Under the pieces are notes generated by a model. That model had not been told where the DNA came from. It worked only from the letters and a program-made list of their open reading frames with translations, and ran no database searches. 47,801 nt of DNA, from NCBI GenBank assembly GCA_029260155.1, contig JAJDDU010000246.1, positions 1-47,801 of the forward strand, read 5' to 3'. The translations under genes were made by a program, and so were the position numbers. Positions 38,656 to 47,037 of the stretch are shown in pieces (positions within the stretch are counted from its first letter, which is position 1; every line of letters begins with the position of its first letter). Origin of the DNA: Phycisphaerae bacterium. GTDB lineage: Bacteria; Planctomycetota; Phycisphaerae; UBA1845.

Positions 38656-39807
38656 TCAGGTGTCGCGTGCATCGACTTCGTAACTCTCCAACGCGATGTT
38701 CGCTCCGTCTTCACCCGGCTCGAACAACGCGGCCTGCTCAAGATCAACCGCCGCCCACACGTCCCGTTCGGCCAATTCGCCGAACGCCGCGGACATCTTG
38801 GCGACAACCTCCTGGCCGTCCGACGCGTGAGCGTACACATTTCGGTGATCGCCCAGCGTCTCCGACATCAGCACTCGCGCCGGAAAGGACGCTTCCGCGT
38901 CAACCCCGCACGCAACGCTCTTCATCTCCACTCGGTCCGGACGAATGCCAAGCACCATCCGCTCCCCGGTTCGGTTCGCGGCCCGCGCCGCCAAGCGCGA
39001 TGGAAGCGACAACCGTCGCCCCGCGAACTCAAAACCGACCGAATCGCCCGCCCCGACCAACGCCCCATTCAGGAAGTTCATCCGAGGCGTGCCGAGAAAC
39101 CCCGCCACGAACCGATTGGCCGGACGCTCAAAGACCTCTTCGGGAGGCCCTATCTGCTGCACGCGCCCATCGGCCATGACCGCAACGCGGTCGCCCAAGG
39201 CCATCGCCTCGTGCTGATCATGCGTCACGTACAGCGACGTCATTCCCAGGTCGCGCTGCATGCGGCGCAGCTCCAGACGGACTTTAACGCGAAGCTGCGC
39301 GTCAAGGCTCGCAAGCGGTTCGTCGAAAAGGAACACCTGCGGCCGACGCACAATCGCTCGACCAAACGCAACGCGCTGACGCTGCCCGCCGGACAGCTCA
39401 TGCGGCTTACGTTGCTGCAGCTCCTCGATACCCAGCAGCCGCGCGACCTCGGCCACACGCTGCGAAATCTCAGGTTTCGGTGTCCGACGCATCTTCAGGC
39501 CGAACGCCAAATTGCCATACACCGTCAAATGCGGGTACAGCGCGTAATCCTGGAAAACCAGGGCGACGTCGCGATCTTTCGGTGCGACAGCGTCGACTAC
39601 ACAGCCGCCGATCTCGACATGCCCAGCCGTAACGCGATCCAGGCCAGCAACAAGCCGCAGAGTCGTCGTCTTGCCGCATCCCGACGGGCCGACCAGGACG
39701 ACCATTTCGCCATCTGCCACCCTAATCGTCAGGTCATCGACGGCAACAACGGTGTTCCGCCTGCCGCCAAACACCTTTGTGACGTTTCTGAGGGCCACAC
39801 TGGCCAT
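38656..39807 (-). CDS. MalK/UgpC-type sugar ABC transporter ATP-binding protein (orphan)
   Basis: Walker A GPSGCGKTT, signature LSGGQRQR, Walker B VFLFDEPL and a C-terminal TOBE-like regulatory domain. ATG 39807 gives MASVALRNVTK. Confidence 0.9.
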   Translation of the reverse strand: MASVALRNVTKVFGGRRNTVVAVDDLTIRVADGEMVVLVGPSGCGKTTTLRLVAGLDRVTAGHVEIGGCVVDAVAPKDRDVALVFQDYALYPHLTVYGNLAFGLKMRRTPKPEISQRVAEVARLLGIEELQQRKPHELSGGQRQRVAFGRAIVRRPQVFLFDEPLASLDAQLRVKVRLELRRMQRDLGMTSLYVTHDQHEAMALGDRVAVMADGRVQQIGPPEEVFERPANRFVAGFLGTPRMNFLNGALVGAGDSVGFEFAGRRLSLPSRLAARAANRTGERMVLGIRPDRVEMKSVACGVDAEASFPARVLMSETLGDHRNVYAHASDGQEVVAKMSAAFGELAERDVWAAVDLEQAALFEPGEDGANIALESYEVDARDT

Positions 39808-40094
39808 GGCAGCGCACACTCCCTATGCCCAGCCGCACCAGATGCTGCGCGCCGATCACACAAATGCGAACCGCGATTATAAGCACGCCCGCGGGCCTGT
39901 CAAATCTTCCAAACTCACCATCCAGAATCGCAACGCACACCATTCGGGGTGGCATGCCCACGCTTGCGGCGGCATGATTCGACCCGGCGTCAAGATAGGC
40001 ACCCGGCTTGTCTACCACACCGGACACGCCTATCCTCGCCGTTTTGGCGGCGATCGGTTTTCTGCGCCCGGCGCGCCGCTCGGAGCGACGTCCA

Positions 40095-41393
40095 ATGTGC
40101 CGAATAGCACAAATCGTCACAATCTGCGGCCTGCTCGCGTCCGCTACGGTCGCATCCGACGACAACGCATTGCCGGCGGCACTCCAAGCGTACTTCGAGA
40201 CCACCGACCAAGCCGAAAAGCAGGCCCTGATCGCAAAAGCCCGGATCGCGAGCGATGGATCGGTCGCAGCCGTCGCCGACACCCTTCCAAATCTTGCCTT
40301 GTGGCCGTCTTTCGAGGGATCGAGCGATCAACTCACCGTAGACAACGGCGGAGGCATCCAAACCGAAATCGTCGTGACGCTCCCGCGAGGGTACGACGCG
40401 ACCCGCGCGTACCCACTTCTGGTCGCTCTCTGCGACAGGGATGACAGGGTCTGGTCCGACTCGCTCCCATTGGACATCGTGGTCGCGCGGATCGCGAACG
40501 CAGATCACGCAGGCTTCGACGGTCCACAGCCATTCGCTGACGAACCTCGAAAGTGGCTTCGAGCGTTGCGGCGTCGGTATCACCTCGACACGGACCGCAT
40601 CTATCTCTACGGCCACGGCGCGGGCGCTGACGTAGCCTTCGCGATCGCCGTGATGCACAGCGACGCCTTCGCCGGCGTCATCATCCACGAGGGGACCCTG
40701 CTCGTCCCCCACTGGCGTGAACTACATCCCCTCCTGCTCGCCAATCTGAGCAGCACCCCGCTTCACTTGGCATGGACCCGCCCCGATCTGCCTCCCAACA
40801 CCGTGCTGAGAGGCCGGGCGGTCCGACTGGCGTTGATGAATCAGTGGATCGCCCAGATAGCCGAGCGTGAATCGCTGCCGATCACCACGAGCGTGGTGCG
40901 CGAATCAACTACGGCGTCACCGGAGGTCTGGCATCACATCCTGCAATCACCGCGCATGCGGGTCACGGCTGAGCCGCGCCGATTCAGGTATCCCGCGCAG
41001 AGTCAAACGAGGCTCCTCAACGTCCGCCGATTCTCCGGGTCGGTATGGGAAGGCGATCAGCTCGACATCCTCACTCAGCCCGTCACTGATCGGCGCGAAT
41101 ACACCACGAGTGTGCTCGAAGCGAAGCTGCATGATCTCTCCGTCCGCATCGACGGACAGACCATCGACGTTCAGTGCCCGCATTGCGAGTCCATCGAGAT
41201 TCAACTCAGTTTCGGCGACGTGGATTTCTCAAAACGCGTTCTGATTCGATTCGACGGCAAGCGCCGATTCTCCGGCCGACTCACACCAAGCATTGAAACG
41301 CTCCTCCAGTCAGCAGAAGCGTCGTGGGATTTCCAACACAGCGCTTGCGTGCGGCTACGCATCGGCAGAAAAGGCAGCGTGCGACCGTTCTAA
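40095..41393 (+). CDS. secreted alpha/beta-hydrolase-fold-like protein, nucleophile position apparently Gly
   Basis: Signal peptide MCRIAQIVTICGLLASATVA. The esterase-like core is LPRGYDATRAYPLLVAL...RIYLYGHGAGADVAFAIA, where the G-x-S-x-G elbow reads G-H-G-A-G. Confidence 0.5.
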   Translation: MCRIAQIVTICGLLASATVASDDNALPAALQAYFETTDQAEKQALIAKARIASDGSVAAVADTLPNLALWPSFEGSSDQLTVDNGGGIQTEIVVTLPRGYDATRAYPLLVALCDRDDRVWSDSLPLDIVVARIANADHAGFDGPQPFADEPRKWLRALRRRYHLDTDRIYLYGHGAGADVAFAIAVMHSDAFAGVIIHEGTLLVPHWRELHPLLLANLSSTPLHLAWTRPDLPPNTVLRGRAVRLALMNQWIAQIAERESLPITTSVVRESTTASPEVWHHILQSPRMRVTAEPRRFRYPAQSQTRLLNVRRFSGSVWEGDQLDILTQPVTDRREYTTSVLEAKLHDLSVRIDGQTIDVQCPHCESIEIQLSFGDVDFSKRVLIRFDGKRRFSGRLTPSIETLLQSAEASWDFQHSACVRLRIGRKGSVRPF

Positions 41394-41414
41394 CGGGATC
41401 CCGATTCCGCCGTG

Positions 41415-41825
41415 CTATGGCCCGGTGTACTGTGACTGGAGCGATCCCCAATCGTGGATGTCAACGTCTTCGTCTGTGTCGAAGTCAAAAGTTCCACACC
41501 CAGGCGACACGCCGCCATCGGGCCCGCTGACGCAATCAAGGAAACAGCTGTAATCGGTTAGGTCGACATCGTTGTCATCGTCGCAGTCGCCGGGCGTTGT
41601 GACCGACGGCGCGACTGGATGCAAGCAGTAGATCACCCCAAAATGCACTTGTACGCCGCTCGCCTCCGCCGAACCGATAATGATCTGCCCCGCATTGAAC
41701 ACGGCGCCGGCATTTGTGGAAGCGGCCCCTCCGGAGACAGAGGGGCACATGACATCGCCGCGTGACACGGTACATATCGCCAGAGTGACAAAGACAGGCA
41801 ATAACAACCTGGATGACGCATTCAT
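41415..41825 (-). CDS. small secreted protein with a C-terminal dockerin-like acidic repeat pair
   Basis: Signal peptide MNASSRLLLPVFVTLAICTV and a GGGAG RBS. The C-terminus has GDCDDDNDVDLTDYSCFLDCVSG and FDFDTDEDVDIHDWGSLQ. Confidence 0.55.
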   Translation of the reverse strand: MNASSRLLLPVFVTLAICTVSRGDVMCPSVSGGAASTNAGAVFNAGQIIIGSAEASGVQVHFGVIYCLHPVAPSVTTPGDCDDDNDVDLTDYSCFLDCVSGPDGGVSPGCGTFDFDTDEDVDIHDWGSLQSQYTGP

Positions 41826-41890
41826 TTCATTCTACTCCCAGCGGAGTCCATCCGTGTATTCCAAACCCATTTGCAGTTCATATGCGACTT

Positions 41891-43207
41891 TCATTTGATG
41901 ATGGCCGCGCCCGTGTTGGCGAGGTATAGACCCGGATTGGATAGAGTGACCACGCCCGGTTCGTCGTACGTTGTGCTACGCAAATGAAACACACTGTCGT
42001 CCGGCGCGCCGTCGTGCGCAGCCTGCACGCTCTCGTACGGTGACGCGCACGTTCCGACCTGAGCGCCTGTCTGTACGCCGAGATAGACGTTTTGTCCGCC
42101 GATGCAGTTTTCAGTGGACAAAACTGGATCGTCAGCGCAACCGCCCATCAGCATGAGATCCTCCTTCATGTGCGTAAACTCGTCAGAAGTGATGCATGAG
42201 ATGACTTCGGGCGACGTGTGTTCGGCGCTTTCCAGTGGCGGCGGTGGATCGGAGATGTTCGCCCACTCGTCGTAGTCGATCAGCCAGGATGTGTTCCCGG
42301 TCGAACCGCACCATCCTGCGTTGTTGCCGTTAATGTCCTGCTGCACGTTGACCTGGCTGATGCCATCGCAGTTCCAGTCCACGCTGTTCATCTGCGTGCC
42401 GAACGGCTCGCTGAGACCGAGTTCGTTCAAACTGCACATACGACCGTGCGAGAAGTCCATTTCCTTGAAGAGTGCGTCTTCGGTCGCCAGTCCGAGACAG
42501 AGCATAGTCGTGCGCAGGCCGAACAACTGGTACCGATAGCTCATGATGCTCGGGAGATTGGGGGAATACGGTCCTACCCAAGTTGGGCCGTTGTTAGTAG
42601 GGGGGCAGCTCATCGTTCCGCAATGCGACAGCCCGAGATTATGACCAAACTCATGCGCGAGCGTCGCGGCCTGCTGGAACTCCGTGCCAGTGTTGCTGTC
42701 GAAGTTGCCCAGCGAAACGAGTAGGTTCCAACCAGAGACCTCAGCAATCCCACTGCTGCCGCTCGTGAAGCAGTTGCTGCACGGGTTTGGGTTACCGTCG
42801 CAGGACTCGTACTGGTGACCGAAGACGCAGTAGTGCCAACCGTTGGCCGGCGACTTATTGCGGTAGGTGTCCCTAATTGCACCGAAACTGGCGTTCTGCC
42901 CTTCGTAGTCGAAGAACGTCGTGCAATTGCTCGGATCACGCCGCAGGGTCGAGTAGTGAGGAAGCACGTCGTCTGCGGTATTCTTGTTCAGGATTAGAGT
43001 GTGCCCCTGGCAGGCGAACATCTGAACCACAGCGTCCAGGACGGCGTCGCTGGGTTCGTGCGAGTGGTTCGCCCCGACCATGTAATCGATTTCGATCTTG
43101 AACGTGTCCGCCAGCACCGGAGGTTGAGCAGACATTGTAAATGCCACAGTTGCGATTGCTGCGGTGGTCCAGAGTCGGGCGAAGATGCAATTTGGATCCG
43201 TATTCAT
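41891..43207 (-). CDS. secreted zinc metalloprotease, metzincin type
   Basis: HEFGHNLGLSH (HExxHxxGxxH) with a downstream Met-turn candidate PSIMSY. Signal peptide ...AAIATVAFTMSAQPPVLA. The protein is Cys-rich. A GGGAGAA RBS is present. Confidence 0.75.
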   Translation of the reverse strand: MNTDPNCIFARLWTTAAIATVAFTMSAQPPVLADTFKIEIDYMVGANHSHEPSDAVLDAVVQMFACQGHTLILNKNTADDVLPHYSTLRRDPSNCTTFFDYEGQNASFGAIRDTYRNKSPANGWHYCVFGHQYESCDGNPNPCSNCFTSGSSGIAEVSGWNLLVSLGNFDSNTGTEFQQAATLAHEFGHNLGLSHCGTMSCPPTNNGPTWVGPYSPNLPSIMSYRYQLFGLRTTMLCLGLATEDALFKEMDFSHGRMCSLNELGLSEPFGTQMNSVDWNCDGISQVNVQQDINGNNAGWCGSTGNTSWLIDYDEWANISDPPPPLESAEHTSPEVISCITSDEFTHMKEDLMLMGGCADDPVLSTENCIGGQNVYLGVQTGAQVGTCASPYESVQAAHDGAPDDSVFHLRSTTYDEPGVVTLSNPGLYLANTGAAIIK

Positions 43208-43230
43208 TTCAATTCTCCCGAGAAGAACGC

Positions 43231-45729
43231 TTACTGCAGGTTTACCAGCACAAGTACGAGCCCGGTTTGACCGGCATTCAACCCGGTCATTGCCTTGCCG
43301 ATCACGGCGCCCGCGCTACGCGAGTGGTCGGAAACCCTCATTGCATGGCCCGCGAGCGAAGAGGTGGTCAACAGGTCGCCCGGCTCAATGGCATGGCCTC
43401 TCGCTTCGGCGTAGCAGTAGACGCGGCCGCTCAATGCCACCGGATGACTGCCGTCGGCAAGAGTGCCAGGCTGCCCCATCATCATACCCGTCGACACCCC
43501 TCCCGCGCCGCTGATTACGCCTGCGACCTTGCGATCATATGCGGTCGCACTCGCAACAAGAGCACCGGGGTTGCGTGGATCGATCGATACCACCATGCCC
43601 GGTCGGGGTGATCCCTGTGCTGGGCTGACGTCGAACTTCTCCGAGAAGTCTGATCCCCCCGTGATCTCAAGAACCTTTGTGCTGGTCCAGCCTGTGCGCC
43701 CGTCCAGAACAACGGTGTTCGCGCCGCTGCCGTCCCGCATACGCAGAATGGACCCGGCCCCCACTCCACCGACGTCTGCCACCAGCTCAATCGTGTCGGT
43801 CCCGTCCGACATACTCATCTCAAACAAGCTGCCGCTGCCCGTGCCGGACCGACCGAGGTACACGACCTCGGTCGCGTGGTTATTAAGACGGAGGCTCCCG
43901 CCGTCGGCGCCCGCGGAGAGTGTAGCCGTGATTTCCGCGAGCGAGTTGACCAGCCGCAGCAGGCCCCCGTCGCTGCCGTTGTCGCCCATCAATCGAGCCG
44001 TCGAAGTCCCAGAGTCGTTCTTCACCACGATAATCCCATCACCGCTGGCGTCACCCACGAGGTTGATCGTATTGTCACCGGCGCCGTTGTTAATCCTGAT
44101 CCGACCACCGGAACCCGCGTCGACATTACGAGCTTCCAGAACGATGCGTGGGCTGGTCGCAGTGTTGCCGTCCCTCATCTCCATCCACGACCCAGTATTG
44201 CCAACCCCCTCATAGCTTCCATGGAGCTTGATTCGGCTGCCGCCGTTCCCGATAACCACGACGGAACCTCCGTCGTCGGCACCGCTGCGCTCGGCATCAA
44301 GGATAACCCTCGCATTGCCGCTGTCGGCACTGACTTCCACTCTCCCCGCGCCGTCGCCGTCGTCACCATCAGCGAGGATCCTCACACTGCCCGCGGCGTC
44401 GTACAGCAGAAGCCGACCGCCTGCATCCAATCCGCCACCCAGCTTTGAGGTTCGCTCGCCGTCGGAGGCGAAGGACTCAAACCAACCGTTCCCGCCTTCC
44501 TTGAAGACCTGCGCTAGCACGAAGCTCCCCCAGCCATCGAGAACCTCAAGACCTCTTAGCGCTCGAACGGCCCCTGCCGCTCCATCAGCAAGAAGCGTCT
44601 GGGCGCCAGCCCCGTCGCGAACCGAGATCTCCCCCGCATCGCTGACATCGGCGTTAAAGACGATCGTGTCTGCGGCGTTGCTGTTGCCGAGTTTGACCAA
44701 CGCACCATCCGAGAGATCAGCGTCGATCGACACCGTGGTTGCTCCCTCGCTGTTGTTTAGAGCAAGCACGGCGCCGCCGGTAGTAGGACCCTGGCTGTCG
44801 ACCTGCACCGTAGCGTCGCCGGAATTGTCGTTCATCGTCAGCGTACTGCCGCTGCCTCCGTCGCCAAGCAGCGAAATGCCGAGCGTTCCGCCGGATTGGT
44901 AATACTCCGCAAAACCACCCCCGTTGGCGGCATGCCCGCCGGAAACGACGGCGTTCCCACCACTCGCATCCTCCGTCCGCAGCCGGCCGCCCCCCGCACC
45001 GGCGGTCATGGTTGCACGGACCGCTCCGCCGCCACCCCCAAGCACGTTGAATGCTCCGTCCGCACCGACGATTCCCGCCGATCCGTCGAGCGAGATACGC
45101 GGGCCGCCGGCTGCGGCGCTGTACAACAACAAGAAACCGCTCGCCGGATTCGGAGGACCTGCGCCGAGAGAGATCGCATCATCCAACTCGCCGCTGGCAA
45201 CACGATCGACGCGGTACGCATACGCGACGGCCGTCAGCGGGACGCGCGGAGCGACCTCCACGCCTCCGTTCAAAGAAACACCGATCTCGCGTGCCTCACC
45301 ATTGAACGTACTCACGCTGACAGGAATCTGAACGCTTACGATTCCCCCCTCCATCGACACGCTGTTCATCGTGATCGGTCCCTCGATGACCGCTCCGCCG
45401 GCGTTGTAGATGTTGAAAATGAGCTCCACCGTGTCGCCTGCCAGTGGCTCGCCATCAACGTCGGTCAGCAGTGCCTGGAAGCTAAGCCGTCGTGAATCTT
45501 CGTCCAACAGCGGCAGCGGCGGACCGACGGGGCCAGCCAAGGTCTGAGCCCCGGCGAGCGCCGGATCGGCGGGAACTCCGGAGGGGTTTTCCGCACCAGC
45601 CTGACGTCTTTCGTTGTTGGCCGCTGCCTGCGGCGTCTTCGTGGTATTCTCCGCCCGTGCGCCAACCGAGAATATGCCACTTGCGCCGAGAGCGACGAGC
45701 AATGCGACGCTGTGCAGTTTCCGAATCAT
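43231..45729 (-). CDS. 832-aa secreted fibre-like protein: N-terminal fibre-head module, about 17 Gly-rich solenoid repeats and a distinct C-terminal domain
   Basis: ATG 45729 with a GGAGAA RBS and signal peptide MIRKLHSVALLVALGASGIFSVGARA. The module SFQALLTDVDGEPLAGDTVELIFNIYN....PLTAVAYAYRV resembles the N-terminus of tail-fibre-domain proteins as I remember them. Confidence 0.68.
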   Translation of the reverse strand: MIRKLHSVALLVALGASGIFSVGARAENTTKTPQAAANNERRQAGAENPSGVPADPALAGAQTLAGPVGPPLPLLDEDSRRLSFQALLTDVDGEPLAGDTVELIFNIYNAGGAVIEGPITMNSVSMEGGIVSVQIPVSVSTFNGEAREIGVSLNGGVEVAPRVPLTAVAYAYRVDRVASGELDDAISLGAGPPNPASGFLLLYSAAAGGPRISLDGSAGIVGADGAFNVLGGGGGAVRATMTAGAGGGRLRTEDASGGNAVVSGGHAANGGGFAEYYQSGGTLGISLLGDGGSGSTLTMNDNSGDATVQVDSQGPTTGGAVLALNNSEGATTVSIDADLSDGALVKLGNSNAADTIVFNADVSDAGEISVRDGAGAQTLLADGAAGAVRALRGLEVLDGWGSFVLAQVFKEGGNGWFESFASDGERTSKLGGGLDAGGRLLLYDAAGSVRILADGDDGDGAGRVEVSADSGNARVILDAERSGADDGGSVVVIGNGGSRIKLHGSYEGVGNTGSWMEMRDGNTATSPRIVLEARNVDAGSGGRIRINNGAGDNTINLVGDASGDGIIVVKNDSGTSTARLMGDNGSDGGLLRLVNSLAEITATLSAGADGGSLRLNNHATEVVYLGRSGTGSGSLFEMSMSDGTDTIELVADVGGVGAGSILRMRDGSGANTVVLDGRTGWTSTKVLEITGGSDFSEKFDVSPAQGSPRPGMVVSIDPRNPGALVASATAYDRKVAGVISGAGGVSTGMMMGQPGTLADGSHPVALSGRVYCYAEARGHAIEPGDLLTTSSLAGHAMRVSDHSRSAGAVIGKAMTGLNAGQTGLVLVLVNLQ
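43684..45141 (-). repeat. coding ~23-aa Gly-rich repeats (G-G-x-L-x-L-x-N/D-x-x-G-x-x-T-V-x-L-x-x-D), about 17 copies
   Basis: Examples: GGRIRINNGAGDNTINLVGDASGD / GIIVVKNDSGTSTARLMGDNGSD / GGLLRLVNSLAEITATLSAGAD / GGSLRLNNHATEVVYLGRSGTGS / GSILRMRDGSGANTVVLDGRTGW. Confidence 0.6.
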
Positions 45730-45862
45730 TTTCGATTCTCCGTTCAGGTTCTTGTGTATGCGGCGAGTTGGTCGCAGCAGCAAGCTTCGTCCGCCCTATT
45801 GAGAGAGACGCACGCAAACTTTGGCGGCGCGCGGAACCCAATAATCTGCGGCGAGGGTCGAG

Positions 45863-46348
45863 TCAGCGAGGTGAATCAGGCGTGAGGGCGGCTTGGCTGA
45901 GCAAATCCGACCACTTGCCGGGTGCAACGGACGCTAGATCCAGGAGAACTGGATTGAGCTCGTCACGCCTCCGACTACAGATGAGGTTCCGGTGATGAAC
46001 CATTGCCGCCGCAATCGCAAGGAAATAGCTGGCCAGGGCGTTGAGCCTCGTTTCGCGGTCGCGGCTCCGCTTGATCACGGATTTACCTTCCTCCTTCATC
46101 CGCTTGAGCTGATCCAGTGTAGCGCTACCGCGGATGAGGGCATTCTCCGGATCCTCGAACATGGATGCGGTCCCCGTGCTCAGGGCGGAGTCGAGCCAGT
46201 GGTGTCCGTCGAGTTGACTCAACCGGTCGATGAGTGCGTCGACGGGACGTCTCGGTCCGCAAAGCCCAATCTGGAAGAGGCGCGAGGCGTCAAGTTCGCT
46301 CAAGTTAGCGAATTCGCTGTCTTGTCGTGCGGAGGACTTGAAGTTCAT
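45863..46348 (-). CDS. 161-aa hypothetical protein translationally coupled to the ECF sigma factor
   Basis: ATG 46348 overlaps the sigma-factor TGA as ATGA (46345-46348). No signal peptide and no convincing TM helix. I recognise no family. Confidence 0.5.
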   Translation of the reverse strand: MNFKSSARQDSEFANLSELDASRLFQIGLCGPRRPVDALIDRLSQLDGHHWLDSALSTGTASMFEDPENALIRGSATLDQLKRMKEEGKSVIKRSRDRETRLNALASYFLAIAAAMVHHRNLICSRRRDELNPVLLDLASVAPGKWSDLLSQAALTPDSPR

Positions 46349-47037
46349 GCCCCGGAGACCTCCAACAAAGTCTGGATTTCGTTGTCAACGTGGTCCGGCG
46401 CTGCGCCGTCGCGCACGAGCAGGTCACGCAAGACCTCGCGGAACTTCCGCGCCGCGGTCCGAGCCATGACCGCCGCACGGGGAGCGTCCACGCCAAACTC
46501 CTTCGAAATCTGCTGATACCCCGCGGATTGGTAGTGATGCCGGACAAAGACTCGCCAATGATGTTCCAAACCCTGCACGGCGCACCGTTCATGCGTTTGC
46601 TGAAGTGCCTTCCTGACGATGGAGACGACAAACGCGCGGTCCAGCATCTCCTCGGGCGTCGCGCTGCTATCAGCCTGTTCGTCGGTCGGACCCGGTTCGA
46701 CCCGGTTTCGCTTTCCGGTGCGTTTGACCTCGTTCAGATAGAAGCAGAAGGCGTTCATGAGCCATCGTCGCAGCGGCAAACCGCTTTGCAGCCAATCGGC
46801 GAAGAAGTGCTCCCGAGCCAGACGATCAGCGAAGAATCCCTGCACGATCTCGTCCGGTTCGCCCAGCCACCGGTCGCGCGTTCCGCGGAAGTAGACTGTC
46901 AGCGGCCAAGCGTAGACGCTCATCACGTGCTGGTTAACCTCGCCACGGCCTTCCCCCGCAGAGCGCAGCCTGTCCCCGATCCAGGTGTGGCATGTTGTTG
47001 GGAACGCATTCGGCCGCATGGGGCGTCCTCTTGCCAT
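46345..47037 (-). CDS. ECF-type sigma-70 family factor of the Ser/Thr-kinase-associated kind
   Basis: Region-2-like segment VYAWPLTVYFRG.....EPDEIVQGFFADRL and region-4 HTH GYQQISKEFGVDAPRAAVMARTAARKFREVL. The start was set at ATG 47037 (MARGRPM...). The 99-aa extension to 47334 would overlap the divergent kinase start. Confidence 0.72.
   Translation of the reverse strand: MARGRPMRPNAFPTTCHTWIGDRLRSAGEGRGEVNQHVMSVYAWPLTVYFRGTRDRWLGEPDEIVQGFFADRLAREHFFADWLQSGLPLRRWLMNAFCFYLNEVKRTGKRNRVEPGPTDEQADSSATPEEMLDRAFVVSIVRKALQQTHERCAVQGLEHHWRVFVRHHYQSAGYQQISKEFGVDAPRAAVMARTAARKFREVLRDLLVRDGAAPDHVDNEIQTLLEVSGA

Noticed and set aside
38629-39882. 417-aa plus-strand ORF
   Set aside because: It is fully antisense to the well-supported ABC ATPase gene and its Arg/Pro/His-rich composition is typical of shadow ORFs in GC-rich DNA.
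41394-41403. 10-bp palindrome cgggatcccg between convergent genes
   Set aside because: It has no loop, so it cannot form a hairpin terminator, and no flanking T-tract is present. It is probably a chance BamHI-type palindrome.
46688-46707. Direct repeat gacccggttc/gacccggttt that superficially resembles a tRNA T-arm (ggttcga)
   Set aside because: It lies inside the sigma-factor CDS (encoding NRVEPGPT) and no cloverleaf can be drawn around it.
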